Source: an uncultured Candidatus Saccharibacteria bacterium (lineage in GTDB: Bacteria > Patescibacteriota > Minisyncoccia > Phycocordibacterales > PALSA-1337). Taken from it: 64,000 nucleotides of DNA. The stretch's first letter is position 1. Each line of letters opens with the position of its first letter. This document shows positions 39,501-48,410 of this stretch, piece after piece. A program made the position numbers and the translations under genes. The notes beneath the pieces were generated by a model. The model worked only from the letters and a program-made list of their open reading frames with translations, searched no databases and was not told the origin of the DNA. The stretch is from assembly GCA_964367745.1 (NCBI GenBank), contig CAYIYK010000004.1, positions 449 through 64,448 of the forward strand. Direction: 5' to 3'.

Positions 39501-41218
39501 CCACCACTATTCATTTGACCCATTTGATAACCTGTTTCAGTTATTGCTAAAAGATTTTCAATCCAATTTTCTTCGAAAAGCATATTGAATGATCTACCTC
39601 CATTATCTGCGAAAGTTTGTACGAAGTCAGGGTGATTCCCAGTACCCGATACTGGAATAGAATTCCTAAAAACATTTCTATAAAATACGTGATCTTGACC
39701 AAAAGGACGTACGAGATCCCAACCACCAGCCTCTTCAAAAACATTGTTTTCAAATCTACTTCCAATACCATCGGTTGTAAGGTAATTAGCATTGATCCTA
39801 CTTACTGTATTTCCTTTAAATAGACAATAATTACCAGTAATTCCTCCGTCTCTCGAAGATGAATAGAATGATATACCTGCAACTCTTTTTACTCCGTCAT
39901 GTATTGTATTGTTTAAAACCTTACAATAATCTCCACCTTTTGTAACACCAATATATTGTTGATTTAAACTTGGACCAGTAATGTCGAAACCATCAACAGT
40001 CACATAAGAATTTCTAATATCAAAACCATTTACAACTACCTTGCCATTTGCCTTGAAAGTGACACGATTCGAATCACTTGTTCCATTCTTCTTTGTCATT
40101 ACTTGCTCTGAATAATCTCCTGCACTAACAAGACAAGTGTCACCTGCTTCAGCAACATTTGCACATGCTTGAATTGTTGGATATTCTTCAGGAACACATT
40201 TTGTACTTGCTCCAGCACAGCCAGCACTTACATTTTGACTAACAACAGGTGATACGATTTGAGAAATTACAGCTGGTTTAGTAACAGCAGGTGCAGTTGA
40301 AACTGGAGTAACTGCATTATTAATAGTCTGAGTATTAGTAGATGATGTAACACTTGAAGCTGCACTACCACTCAATGAGTACAGATCAGAAACTTCTTGA
40401 GAAGTAACTGCGCGGTTATAAATACGTACATCGTCTATATCACCAGAATAGAAATTGGGAATATTGTTCCATCCAATTCTTAGAGGATCGTTAACTGAAG
40501 TATTCAATAATCCACCAGCACCACTAACACTTCCAATTTGATTACCGTTTACATAGACCGTTGAAGATGGATTACTGTAAACAACCACAACATGATTCCA
40601 ACTACCAGTTGATAGTGTGTTAGCAGGAGTCATTTGTGAAAATGCTACTCCACCACCGCTAGAACCACCAATTCTCCATATTACAGATAGAGATGTACCA
40701 TTTGAACCAACCTCAAAAAGTCTTCCAGTTCCCCATTTAGTTATAAAGGGTTTTGAACCTACTGATGGCTTCACCCAGAAAGATATTGAAGCGGAATTTA
40801 AACCATTTAAAGCATTAAAATTTGGAACATCTACATATTGATTTGTTCCATTTAGTTTTAGAGATCCCGAGCCAATTTTCCCAGGTACCCAAGTAGAATT
40901 CCCTCCTACTATTGTTCCATTGTTTGTTCCAACTGAATCAGTAGCAGTAGTTCCGGAAGTTTCGTCTAGTTTAAAATGAGATACTAGACCGTTTGTTAAG
41001 GTGGCACCTACTTGAGCGTGTTGTAGATTACTATATGACGCTACATCAGTCTTTGAAAAAATTTCTTCTATCTTTTTATCTAATAAATTGGTAAGTGCTA
41101 GTGTTGCTATGAACATACAACCAATCAATGAAAACGCATAAAGAACATTGACTGGTTGCTTTAATATTTTTTTGTATTTTTCCATATAGTTATGGAATAA
41201 TTTTAACACACATACCAT
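33539..41218 (-). CDS. Giant surface protein (2559 aa): N-terminal LamG domain, two tandem roughly 500-aa right-handed beta-helix units, FN3 domain, thrombospondin-type-3-like acidic repeat and two C-terminal peptidoglycan-binding domains
   Basis: LamG signature (WNHVVVVY...DDVRIYNRAVTSQEVSDLY). A duplicated block LKTIQKCANIVKAGETCLVTAGVYPEHV... / FKTIQKCANVIKAGETCLITAGVYPEHV.... FN3 (ISWSTNEVSDTQIEYG...TTYHFRV). DSDSDGVPNDGDKCP. Two DVRxLQVFLN...FGPAT PG-binding repeats. Confidence 0.85.
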   Translation of the reverse strand: MVCVLKLFHNYMEKYKKILKQPVNVLYAFSLIGCMFIATLALTNLLDKKIEEIFSKTDVASYSNLQHAQVGATLTNGLVSHFKLDETSGTTATDSVGTNNGTIVGGNSTWVPGKIGSGSLKLNGTNQYVDVPNFNALNGLNSASISFWVKPSVGSKPFITKWGTGRLFEVGSNGTSLSVIWRIGGSSGGGVAFSQMTPANTLSTGSWNHVVVVYSNPSSTVYVNGNQIGSVSGAGGLLNTSVNDPLRIGWNNIPNFYSGDIDDVRIYNRAVTSQEVSDLYSLSGSAASSVTSSTNTQTINNAVTPVSTAPAVTKPAVISQIVSPVVSQNVSAGCAGASTKCVPEEYPTIQACANVAEAGDTCLVSAGDYSEQVMTKKNGTSDSNRVTFKANGKVVVNGFDIRNSYVTVDGFDITGPSLNQQYIGVTKGGDYCKVLNNTIHDGVKRVAGISFYSSSRDGGITGNYCLFKGNTVSRINANYLTTDGIGSRFENNVFEEAGGWDLVRPFGQDHVFYRNVFRNSIPVSGTGNHPDFVQTFADNGGRSFNMLFEENWIENLLAITETGYQMGQMNSGGSLVNPRLMPDFRDFTFRRNVFANIGNNWNLGVPGITFENNTFYKTAYTQDGLVSGGSLTRGDSSRMTAISNAFIGGGRGGDTQGFYSNSGAGIGQEVMRFYVTNEVAANETSLTPIAAGIMSDLVANGYTDGNGRPTAKTKALSSESDFYVSPSYSAYKSGIYKYLKLTSDLDTSIRNTYVTNYNFVSGPASLGYPPKRADGCVSGVNKNFRFCEKNGVNGGDPMLKNVNDPDGPDNIPFTTDDGLKPLPGSPLCGKGLNGVDIGVYSCDSNKVFATGNSGTGGISVTPPNNNPPTNQPPVVVPTTGTIYVSSSGNDTNTGAQSSPLKTIQKCANIVKAGETCLVTAGVYPEHVETLNSGANGKYVTFKAQGTVTMKGFRIKNPYVRIEGFDITKYDVGLDQGHIAVEPEGDYSQIINNTIRDGIYLSSNNFTFNGANRTITNPSGGFISAGFVPGVTIYIASDINNQILNHDNNGAVPYKFETKKVIAVTDTTLTLDPSNTVFSEGPVTSTIYVNKAEKNGVWGIIFNSSTSRGQPDNCLIQGNTLRNLAGKGMQIAGLNNVIEKNTFERMNGWRMISFFGSNNVFRYNIFRDSTRWPGFQLPKPGTQFALGSGSWDMYDTLMTSTGAIDQQVNDNVFEYNFVKDVDEQLASVEEAASVGTALQNKGLYIRNNVFINVEMSGSFTRPQTILSNNTFYKSARISNQNFVIGKSAHGNPVGSEIKNNAFVDSGVKDEIQNDNGWYSVRGDDGKPTPGVLADYNFVAGSAGLGYPGKTGFKVDNLEANGINGGNPKFTNPANPLGPDGLPFTIDDGLKPLPGSPLCAKGSSGVDIGAYSCDPTKVFATGSGSGVGSNPPPTVPPITPSLNTLYVSNTGSDTNPGTQSSPFKTIQKCANVIKAGETCLITAGVYPEHVQTASVGQSGKYVTFKAQGIVTMKGFRIKNPYVRVEGFDITRYGVGLDQGHITVEPPADNCQIIDNTIRDGIYIYSKNMYFDGPTKTITNPNGGFIAAGFEPGMSIYIGSNINKQIQNHDNNGGVPYKYETKRVISVTDKVLTLDPSNTVFTEGPVAATIYMNRAEKNGLWGIIMLSSGGYQPDNCLIQGNTLSNLAGKGLQIQGSNHIVEKNIWEKMNGWRMIAFYGDNNIFRYNIFRDSPRWEDFELPKIGTVFAMGSGTSDMYDTLMTSIGTPEQSINNTIFEYNFIKDIDEQLASVEEQLTNVPAMENKGLLIRNNIFVNVEMSGSFTRPQTIVTNNTFYKSARISNHNFVIGKSGHGNPVGSVIKNNIFLESGNLTGANSDSDRGWYSIRGGDGLPSPEVTADYNYIAGPAAQGYPAKSTTLLSFGGSEKNGINGGDPKLSNPSNPLGPDGVPFTSDDGLIPLSSSPLCRGGENGTYIGAYGCNGVISNPSVVTPIISSISVSSVNDSSAVISWSTNEVSDTQIEYGLTSAYGNSTSLVSNPVSFHSQTLTNLSPNTTYHFRVKSKNALGGIQLSSDKMFTTTNLVVNQVDVTAPIITTPREVIDVTSGTFSAKLNITTDESAVCKWSSGSGIPYASMPNLFTSSNNSHGANITNLSTGLNFIYIKCIDVKGNANQTDAVVNISVGNQLSVQSDSDSDGVPNDGDKCPNTKDKVAVNKKGCPLPRLTKFHSNDISSLDLNSISDIELRNSQGKVNFNSGNYSLIKSTGESLDIDSNLNISNRLVYLDSSNIPELNKPATITLYNITAAKPKIMRDGVACDKCTIVSYTNNTLVFTVPGFSTYEVIDELAPPVVSNQNQSTVTSSGSSRSGSSRSGGSSSSAPKATFVRSLSITATGDDVRLLQVFLNNQGFAVSTFGAGSRGNESTYFGPATRAALIRFQTAKGIVGTGILDTQTMSIVNSLYSSTGTVSIPSAPVTSSVPSTTIGYTFSRSLTLGSSGSDVRQLQVFLNTKGYTISSSGIGSRGNESIYFGPATKAALIRYQIANGIKPASGFFGPLTRAKVNLQK

Positions 41219-41248
41219 AAATAATGGTGTGTATAAAACCTATTTTAT

Positions 41249-43441
41249 CTATTTTCCTAGATTGTATAGTTGCAATACTTCACCTGACGAGATGGCTCTA
41301 TTATAAATCCTCACATCATCAATCAAACCTTGATATGATCTAGTGGAACCATTATCATTCCCTATATATATTGGTCTAGATTGACTTGATATTGATGCAG
41401 GAATAGTACCCTCAAGTGTTGCCGTACTTAATACCCCATCGACATAAAGATCTAATCTCGTATTTGGACCATCATATACTCCAACGATGTGATGCCATTT
41501 ATCATCATTTACTGCATTTACTGATGATCTTGCCGCATCTCTACTTCCACCTCCTACATCTTTGTCAATTACAATTTTAACTTTATGATCACTGGAATTT
41601 TCATTTATTGCCAACACGTATCCCCATTCAATACCATCCCATCTTCCAACTATTTCTTTTGTTGTTGTTACTTTTGATCCCGTCTTTATCCATGCAGACA
41701 ATGTAAAAGCGGTATTGAATGTTAGATTTGTCGGGGAGTCCTTTGAGAGAACATCATCAGTTCCATCAAATTTCACCCCTTGCCCAATTTTGCCAAGAGC
41801 ATAAAAGGTTGAGGTTGATATATTTGAAGAGTTCATATTATTATTTCCACTTCTATCTCTTGCAACCCCACCTGCCATATCTCCACCATCAAATGTCCAA
41901 TACCCGACTAGTCCGCAGGTTAATCCTGATACACAAGATGGATTTTGAACTACGGTTTGTGATGAAGATTGTTTTGTCGAAACAACACCAGTATACAACT
42001 GCCTTATCTCTCCTGATGTTAGCGCCCTGTCATATATTCTAAATTCATCTATTACTCCATTTACCGATTGATTTGCATTACCTGTACCGCCGATTCTGAT
42101 AAACCTCATAGCATCAAATGTTCCAATAGATGGTGTAGTCGAATTGTACAATACACCATTTATATACCAATCTATTTGGGTCGGTGTATATACAAAAGTA
42201 TTTAAATATGGAAGTCTAGTTTCTGAATTATAAGTAGAAGATAAATTTCCAGTACCATTATTAGAACTTGCTTGTATCTTTGGACTACCTCCCGTACTGT
42301 ACCATCTGAAGTTACAGCAGCCTGTAAAAGATGTTCTACCCATATGGAAACCAGTCTGATTTCCATTCCAAGAATTAATTAATTTGGGTGTATACCAGAG
42401 TGATATAGTGAATGTTGATCTTTCTGCCCCTAAATCAGAGTATAAATAGTCACTATTCGAAGTGAACCTTAAAGCTTGACCTTTTACCCCTGTTGTATAA
42501 AAAGTTGAACTAGCTATATTCCCCATATTTGCAAATAGTCCATTACCACTGTTATCTCTCACAACTCCATTTACTATATCTTTTCCATCAAAAGACCAGT
42601 ATGTTATAAGCCCACATGATAGACCGACTGAGCATGTGGTGGTAGCGGTTATAACTGATGCGGAATTCTGTTTGTTTGATGCGCCAGAAGAGTATAGTTG
42701 TGAAATTTCATTTGTATTCAGACTGCGATTATAGACACGCACATCGTCCATTTTACCTTTAAAGGGGACTCCTCCACTATCTCCAATTCTTATAGCATTA
42801 GAATTCGTGGTTATACTTCCAGATACGTTAGTTGATGAAATTAATACATTATCTATATATAAGCTTTGAGTGGTGCCGTTATATGTCGTGACGATATGAT
42901 GCCAATTACCATCAAACAGATTCACTGCGCCGCTTGTAGTAACCCAGTTATTTACCCCTGTTAGATAGAATAGGACTATCCCATCTTGTCTAATATACAT
43001 GTTATAACTAAGATTTTTCTCAATTATAGACATATAAGTAACTGATGATTGTTGTATTGGTTTTATCCAAGCAGACATAGAAATAGTAGCGGATGGACTG
43101 AGACTAGCACTACTATTTACATTTACATAGTCATCGACTCCATCAAAATTAAAGCCTTGGCCGATCTTCCCAAGAGTATAGAAAGTAGAACTAGCAATAT
43201 TTATTAAATTTCCACTATTACCGTTTCCACTTCTATCTCTTGCAACACCACCTGTCATATCTCTACCATCAAATGTCCAATATCCTACAAGTCCGCAACT
43301 TGGTCCAGAACTACAATTTACAGATGGAAGAATAGATGGAGACACTCCGATAAAAGAGGCATTCGTATAATTTGATGGAATTATCAAAACAAGAAAAATA
43401 AATAATACAAAAAACAAATATATTTTATTTACTTTGATCAC
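41249..43441 (-). CDS. Secreted protein with three tandem LamG (concanavalin A-like) domains (730 aa)
   Basis: Three repeats of CGLVGYWTFDG...RDRSGNGN...W.H.V.TY.......LY.D.......DDVR.YNR.L...E..QLY. Confidence 0.8.
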   Translation of the reverse strand: MIKVNKIYLFFVLFIFLVLIIPSNYTNASFIGVSPSILPSVNCSSGPSCGLVGYWTFDGRDMTGGVARDRSGNGNSGNLINIASSTFYTLGKIGQGFNFDGVDDYVNVNSSASLSPSATISMSAWIKPIQQSSVTYMSIIEKNLSYNMYIRQDGIVLFYLTGVNNWVTTSGAVNLFDGNWHHIVTTYNGTTQSLYIDNVLISSTNVSGSITTNSNAIRIGDSGGVPFKGKMDDVRVYNRSLNTNEISQLYSSGASNKQNSASVITATTTCSVGLSCGLITYWSFDGKDIVNGVVRDNSGNGLFANMGNIASSTFYTTGVKGQALRFTSNSDYLYSDLGAERSTFTISLWYTPKLINSWNGNQTGFHMGRTSFTGCCNFRWYSTGGSPKIQASSNNGTGNLSSTYNSETRLPYLNTFVYTPTQIDWYINGVLYNSTTPSIGTFDAMRFIRIGGTGNANQSVNGVIDEFRIYDRALTSGEIRQLYTGVVSTKQSSSQTVVQNPSCVSGLTCGLVGYWTFDGGDMAGGVARDRSGNNNMNSSNISTSTFYALGKIGQGVKFDGTDDVLSKDSPTNLTFNTAFTLSAWIKTGSKVTTTKEIVGRWDGIEWGYVLAINENSSDHKVKIVIDKDVGGGSRDAARSSVNAVNDDKWHHIVGVYDGPNTRLDLYVDGVLSTATLEGTIPASISSQSRPIYIGNDNGSTRSYQGLIDDVRIYNRAISSGEVLQLYNLGK

Positions 43442-43476
43442 TATGTTATTTTATCATAACTTAATTACCAACAATA

Positions 43477-46400
43477 CTACCTCCCCGCCACCTTCCCTCT
43501 AGTCAAAGGCCCAAACAACCCAGAAGCAGGTTTAATGTTGTTAGCAACCTGGTATCTGATAAGGGCGGATTTGGTAGCAGGGCCAAAGGTTGTAGATTCT
43601 AGTCCTTTAGATCCAGCTCCTTTAGTCGATACTGTAAATCCTTGTGAGTTTAGGAAGATTTGTAGTTGTCTTACATCTTCTCCTTTGGTACCTAGTGATA
43701 GGTTACGTTTGAATGGGTATGGTGAGGTTTTTGTAGTGGTAGGTGTATATACTAGTGGATATGTCTGTATTGTCTTTGTAGTGGTTGTAGGGGTACGAGA
43801 TATAGATGAACCTCCTCCGCCTCCACCTCCTCTAGATGGTGTAGATGTGACTACCGTTGGTATCTTTGTGAATGTAGCTACTACTACCTTGTCTGAAGTT
43901 GAGTTTACAGTACAACTACCCGTTCCTGAACATACTCCCCCAGTCCATCCTCCAAATGTTGATCCTGAGTCTGGTGTAGCTGTTAGAGTTAGTGTTGTAG
44001 AGTCATTTACCACCTCTGAACAATCACTACCACAAGATATACCTGTACCTGACACTGTACCTGTTCCTGAGCCTAGTGGAGTTACTGATATTGTATATGT
44101 TACAGGTGGTGTTGTACCTTCGATGATTGAGTATGTAGAGAAGCTAGGTACAGTGAATACTAGGGTACCGTTTATGTATGAGATGATTGTACATGTAGTA
44201 CATTCTACTCCGTCTTTAATTACCTTTGGTGTCTTTGCTGTAAGGTTGTATAGCGTTACTGTAGCTCCTTTGTTTAGTTCAGGCATACGAGAAGAGTCTA
44301 GAGACAGAGTTCCTTTGGCTATAGATATATTTGCATCTAGGTCTAGAGGTTCGCCTGTACTCTTTACTAGAGTAAGTGGTGTAGAGTATGAGATCTTACC
44401 TAGACTGTTCTGTATATCAAATGAAGATACACTGTTTAGATCTGCATTAGCTAGGTTAACTGATGTTGTGAACTTTGTTGTTAGAGGTAGAGCACAACCA
44501 TAGTTGTTTACTGTTACTCCTGTAGGTGTATATGGACACTTGTCTAGGGTGTTTGATATACCGTCAGAGTCGGAGTCACTAATGACAGGGGTTGGGGTGA
44601 CTGAAGGGGTTGGAGTGGGAGTGACTACAGTTGTAACAGTATTTGAAGATGAATTATTTTGACCTGAAGTGTTGTTAGAATTTTTCTTTATAAGAACATA
44701 TACACCGAATTTTGATGAAGTGTGTGGTCTATTATAATCATGATAAGAACCACTTAGGTCTCCTTTATAAGAATCAACAGAAGAAATATTTATTGGTATA
44801 TTTATACTTCCTCCATTGTATGTACCACTAAGTACAGGTGTGCCGAAATAATTTTGTACATCTCTAACTTCATAAGAATCACCGGAAGATAAACGACTTG
44901 AAACATCTACAGGAATAGTGCTCTGACCTGACCAATTCATAATAGAGATGTAAGATTTATTTGAATCGTATTGATTATTTTTAATGACAATCAACGGGGT
45001 ACTTGGTAGAGTCCCTGTATAAGAACCATTCAAATCAAATCCAGAATTTTTCCAAGTAGAGAATATACAATCGCGAGAATAGGTCTTACATGCACTAACA
45101 TATGTATAAGTTCCAGGTAGAGTCATGAGTAGAGGAAGGCCGTAATTATAAGTATTATTATTGAATGAGTATTTAGAGATATCACCAGTCTCTTGCGCTC
45201 TAACTTCAAAGTCTTTGTAGAAGAGATTGTTTGTTACGGTCATCTTATCCCACCAGAAAGCTTGTAAACCTTCATAGAAATAGTTGTTAGAAATTTCTAC
45301 GTCTTGATTCAACTTATTATTGTAATAAAGCCTAAACATACCATTCTCACCTGATATATTATTTCGAATTTTTATACCAGCAGCAGACGTAACTCCTCCT
45401 ACAAGCGCTTCATTATTAAAGACAACATTGTCTTCAAAAGTCATATTTAAAACAGGTGCAGCAGAACCATAAGCTTGAATGCCGTAAAAGAAAGCAGAAA
45501 ATAGAATATTATTTTTTACCAGAAGAGTGGGACTGCTATTTTGTAAATATAGATTATGACTATGTAATCTATCAGGTGCATCATAACCATTTCTAAAAAT
45601 TATATTTCCGTATATCTCAGTATTAACATTTTGTGGATTCACATAAATACCATTACCTACAACATCATGTATTATTAAATTTATAATTTTTACTCCATTA
45701 GTATTAATTAGATTAACACCAGAAGCAATTGGTATATCAGTTGGTGAGGAACTTGATTGAGTAGATACCCTCTTAACTGTAGGACTTGCAGTTATTTCAA
45801 AATCTCTATAAGTCACATAGCCTCCATTTTCTTGTGTTATTCCACCCTGAACAACAACCGATTCACTATTATAGGGTTTGATAACTATACTATTACCAGA
45901 AGACCCCATTAGTCCTGTCTTGAAATTACCACTATATGCTCCGCCACGTAAATAAATAGTATTACCCGGTTTAATATATTTATTAGTATTATTTAAAGCT
46001 GTTTGCAAATCCCACGGATTATTTATTGTTCCGTTTCCCTGTGATGATCCAGATGGTGAGACAAACCATTCTGTGGTATTCGCAGGTGGAAGTGAGACTG
46101 CGGTAAATTCGGCCGTTATGGTTGTGTTTGCTGAAATTATAACAGTACAATTTCCTACTCCAGAGCATTGTCCTCCCCATCCAGAAAATGTTGATTCGGA
46201 TGTCGGTGTAGCACTGAGGGTAATAGAAGTTCCAGAGACTGATACTTGAGAACAACTTGATCCACAGGAAATATTACCGCCGGAAATCGTTCCTGTACCG
46301 GTGCCAGATTTCTGTATAGAAAGAGTATAAGTAGAAGGTGTTGGAATAGGGTTAGGAATGGGGGTTGGGGTTGGAGTAGGAGTAGGGGTGGGAGTTGTTG

Positions 46401-47121
46401 GTGGATTATTAGTTGTACCGGAACCTAGATTGTAGAGTTCTGTGATTTCACTACTAGAAAGCGAGCGGTTATAAATTCGGAGATCGTCAAGAGAACCTTT
46501 AGTATTACTACTGATACCACTCATACCACTTCCGATCTTGAATCTTGGTTGTATCGGCTGACTACAAAAAACTGTAGGTCCAGTAGAAACTTGGACTCCG
46601 TCGATATATAAATATGAATTAGTACTATCCCAAGTATTGACGATATGACTCCATTTGTTAATCAAATTATATGTATATATACCAGAACGGAAGGGGTTAT
46701 TATTAGTAAACATATGCATAATAACTTGATCGGCCGTGTAAAAAACACTTAAACATACATTTCCTGATGATCCCATTTCCTGACCAACAAACATCTGGCC
46801 CGCAGTTGAGCCCGAACTATTAACCCAAAATGAATAGGCACCACTACTACCGTTTGTGGCCATTTGATTTTCAATGGTGATTCTGTCATCTACCCCATCA
46901 AGAAGAATTGCTCCAACTCCTACCTTGCCTGTGGTCTGTGTTGGGCCACCAGCTAGCGTTCCAGGATTCTGTCCTGTAGAGTCTAAGCCTAGATTAGATG
47001 GATCATCAAAAGTGAACCTAGAAACTAGACCTGAATTTAAATCTATATTTTGTGCTTTAGAAAAATTTATACCAAACAATAGTAAAGGTAATATCAATAA
47101 AAACTTATATTTTTTATACAT
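43477..47121 (-). CDS. Giant surface protein (1214 aa): LamG, Pro-Thr linker, InlB-B-repeat-like domain, beta-helix region, TSP3-like motif, second InlB-B-repeat-like domain and C-terminal peptidoglycan-binding domain
   Basis: Signal peptide. LamG (DDLRIYNRSLSSSEITELY). TYTLSIQKSGTGTGTISGGNISCGSSC...FSGWGGQCSGVGNCTV. DSDSDGISNTLDKCP. C-terminal DVRQLQIFLNSQGF...FGPAT. Confidence 0.85.
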   Translation of the reverse strand: MYKKYKFLLILPLLLFGINFSKAQNIDLNSGLVSRFTFDDPSNLGLDSTGQNPGTLAGGPTQTTGKVGVGAILLDGVDDRITIENQMATNGSSGAYSFWVNSSGSTAGQMFVGQEMGSSGNVCLSVFYTADQVIMHMFTNNNPFRSGIYTYNLINKWSHIVNTWDSTNSYLYIDGVQVSTGPTVFCSQPIQPRFKIGSGMSGISSNTKGSLDDLRIYNRSLSSSEITELYNLGSGTTNNPPTTPTPTPTPTPTPIPNPIPTPSTYTLSIQKSGTGTGTISGGNISCGSSCSQVSVSGTSITLSATPTSESTFSGWGGQCSGVGNCTVIISANTTITAEFTAVSLPPANTTEWFVSPSGSSQGNGTINNPWDLQTALNNTNKYIKPGNTIYLRGGAYSGNFKTGLMGSSGNSIVIKPYNSESVVVQGGITQENGGYVTYRDFEITASPTVKRVSTQSSSSPTDIPIASGVNLINTNGVKIINLIIHDVVGNGIYVNPQNVNTEIYGNIIFRNGYDAPDRLHSHNLYLQNSSPTLLVKNNILFSAFFYGIQAYGSAAPVLNMTFEDNVVFNNEALVGGVTSAAGIKIRNNISGENGMFRLYYNNKLNQDVEISNNYFYEGLQAFWWDKMTVTNNLFYKDFEVRAQETGDISKYSFNNNTYNYGLPLLMTLPGTYTYVSACKTYSRDCIFSTWKNSGFDLNGSYTGTLPSTPLIVIKNNQYDSNKSYISIMNWSGQSTIPVDVSSRLSSGDSYEVRDVQNYFGTPVLSGTYNGGSINIPINISSVDSYKGDLSGSYHDYNRPHTSSKFGVYVLIKKNSNNTSGQNNSSSNTVTTVVTPTPTPSVTPTPVISDSDSDGISNTLDKCPYTPTGVTVNNYGCALPLTTKFTTSVNLANADLNSVSSFDIQNSLGKISYSTPLTLVKSTGEPLDLDANISIAKGTLSLDSSRMPELNKGATVTLYNLTAKTPKVIKDGVECTTCTIISYINGTLVFTVPSFSTYSIIEGTTPPVTYTISVTPLGSGTGTVSGTGISCGSDCSEVVNDSTTLTLTATPDSGSTFGGWTGGVCSGTGSCTVNSTSDKVVVATFTKIPTVVTSTPSRGGGGGGGSSISRTPTTTTKTIQTYPLVYTPTTTKTSPYPFKRNLSLGTKGEDVRQLQIFLNSQGFTVSTKGAGSKGLESTTFGPATKSALIRYQVANNIKPASGLFGPLTRGKVAGR
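43500..44546. repeat. Copy 1 of a roughly 1.05-kb segmental repeat (3' end of the giant-protein gene 43477..47121)
   Basis: About 95% identical overall to 55182..56233, with a roughly 530-bp core (about 44015..44546) that is essentially 100% identical. Confidence 0.9.
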
Positions 47122-47152
47122 GTCACTATTCTAACATGTAAATAAATAGAAA

Positions 47153-48088
47153 TTATTGTTGTTTATCCTCACCCATCTTCATCTCTTGCATTTTAGCTAT
47201 AATGTCATCAAGTTTTCCTTGCATAATACCGTAAATATTACTCCATGATTCTTTTATTCTATGATCAGTCAACCTATCTTGAGGAAAATTGTAAGTTCGA
47301 ATCTTTTCTGATCTATCAGCAGTACCGATTTGATCCTTCTTATTAGCATTAAACTTCTTTGCTTCTTCTTCCTCTTTTATTGCTGAATACTTTGCTGACA
47401 AAATAGCCATAGCTGTCTCTTTGTTAGCTGATTGACTACGCTCAGCCGTTGAACGGACATCAAGACCTGTTGGAATGTGTACTATTCTCACCGCCGTTTC
47501 TACTTTGTTAACATTTTGCCCTCCCTTACCTCCTGAACGTGAAGTTTCTATATGGAGGTCAGCTGGGTTCATCTCAAATTTAACTTTTTTACGTAATGGC
47601 AAAACAGCCACGGTTGCAGTAGATGTATGAACACGCCCCATCTTCTCTGTTGCTGGAACTCTTTGTACTCTATGAACTCCTGTTTCATATCTGAGCTGTG
47701 TATATACAGTTTTTCCTTTTATTTCTAGAGTAAGATCATCTATAGACTTTGTAGACCATCCTTGTGACTCTGCATATCTATCGTACATTTCATAAAGTTC
47801 ATGTGCAAAAATATTTGCTTCATCTCCACCAGCTCCCGCACGAATTTCTAGGATAATTTCTGTAGGGTATTCTATTTCTTCTTTTTCTGAATCAACTATC
47901 ACCTTAATCTGATTTTCTGTATTTTTCTTTTGTTCAGTAATGATATCAAGATCTGCTTGAGCAATCTCCTTCATACTAGGGTCATTTTCAACCATAGAAA
48001 TAATATCAGCTTCATCCTTTAAAAGCTTTTCATATATTTCAGCTAGATATGCTGTTTTGTGATTTTTCTTATATTCTTCGAGATTCAT
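47153..48088 (-). CDS. prfA: Peptide chain release factor 1
   Basis: GGQNVNK motif and PAT tripeptide (RVPATEKMGRVHTS). Confidence 0.85.
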   Translation of the reverse strand: MNLEEYKKNHKTAYLAEIYEKLLKDEADIISMVENDPSMKEIAQADLDIITEQKKNTENQIKVIVDSEKEEIEYPTEIILEIRAGAGGDEANIFAHELYEMYDRYAESQGWSTKSIDDLTLEIKGKTVYTQLRYETGVHRVQRVPATEKMGRVHTSTATVAVLPLRKKVKFEMNPADLHIETSRSGGKGGQNVNKVETAVRIVHIPTGLDVRSTAERSQSANKETAMAILSAKYSAIKEEEEAKKFNANKKDQIGTADRSEKIRTYNFPQDRLTDHRIKESWSNIYGIMQGKLDDIIAKMQEMKMGEDKQQ

Positions 48089-48376
48089 TTATGCCTTCTT
48101 TGTAGAAGTTTTGGCATTTGCTTTCTCAGTAGACTTTGTTTGTCTTGACTTGAACTTTTCAACACGTCCTGCACTATCAAGTGTCTTTTCTTGGTTAGTA
48201 TAGAAAGGGTGTGATGAACTAGAGATTTCTACATGGTATGCAGGGTATTCTTTACCATCAGTAAACTTAACAGTTTCCTTTGTTTTAATTGTTGATGAAA
48301 TTAGAAATTGAACTCCGTTTGAATTATCAACGAATACTACTGGTCTATATTCCTTTGGGTGAATGTCTTTCTTCAT
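48089..48376 (-). CDS. rpmE: 50S ribosomal protein L31 (type B, non-zinc form)
   Basis: [15 protein letters not shown]...HPFYT, lacking the CxxC pairs. Confidence 0.85.
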   Translation of the reverse strand: MKKDIHPKEYRPVVFVDNSNGVQFLISSTIKTKETVKFTDGKEYPAYHVEISSSSHPFYTNQEKTLDSAGRVEKFKSRQTKSTEKANAKTSTKKA

Positions 48377-48410
48377 AAGTTATTTAATATTTGATATAAA
48401 CAAGACTTTA

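Noticed and set aside
43535-44503. Plus-strand ORFs 43535..44503 and 55219..56190 (about 322 aa each, near-identical)
   Set aside because: Antisense to well-supported giant-protein genes. Their near-identity simply reflects the 1-kb DNA repeat. The Pro/Val-rich translations are typical of antisense frames.
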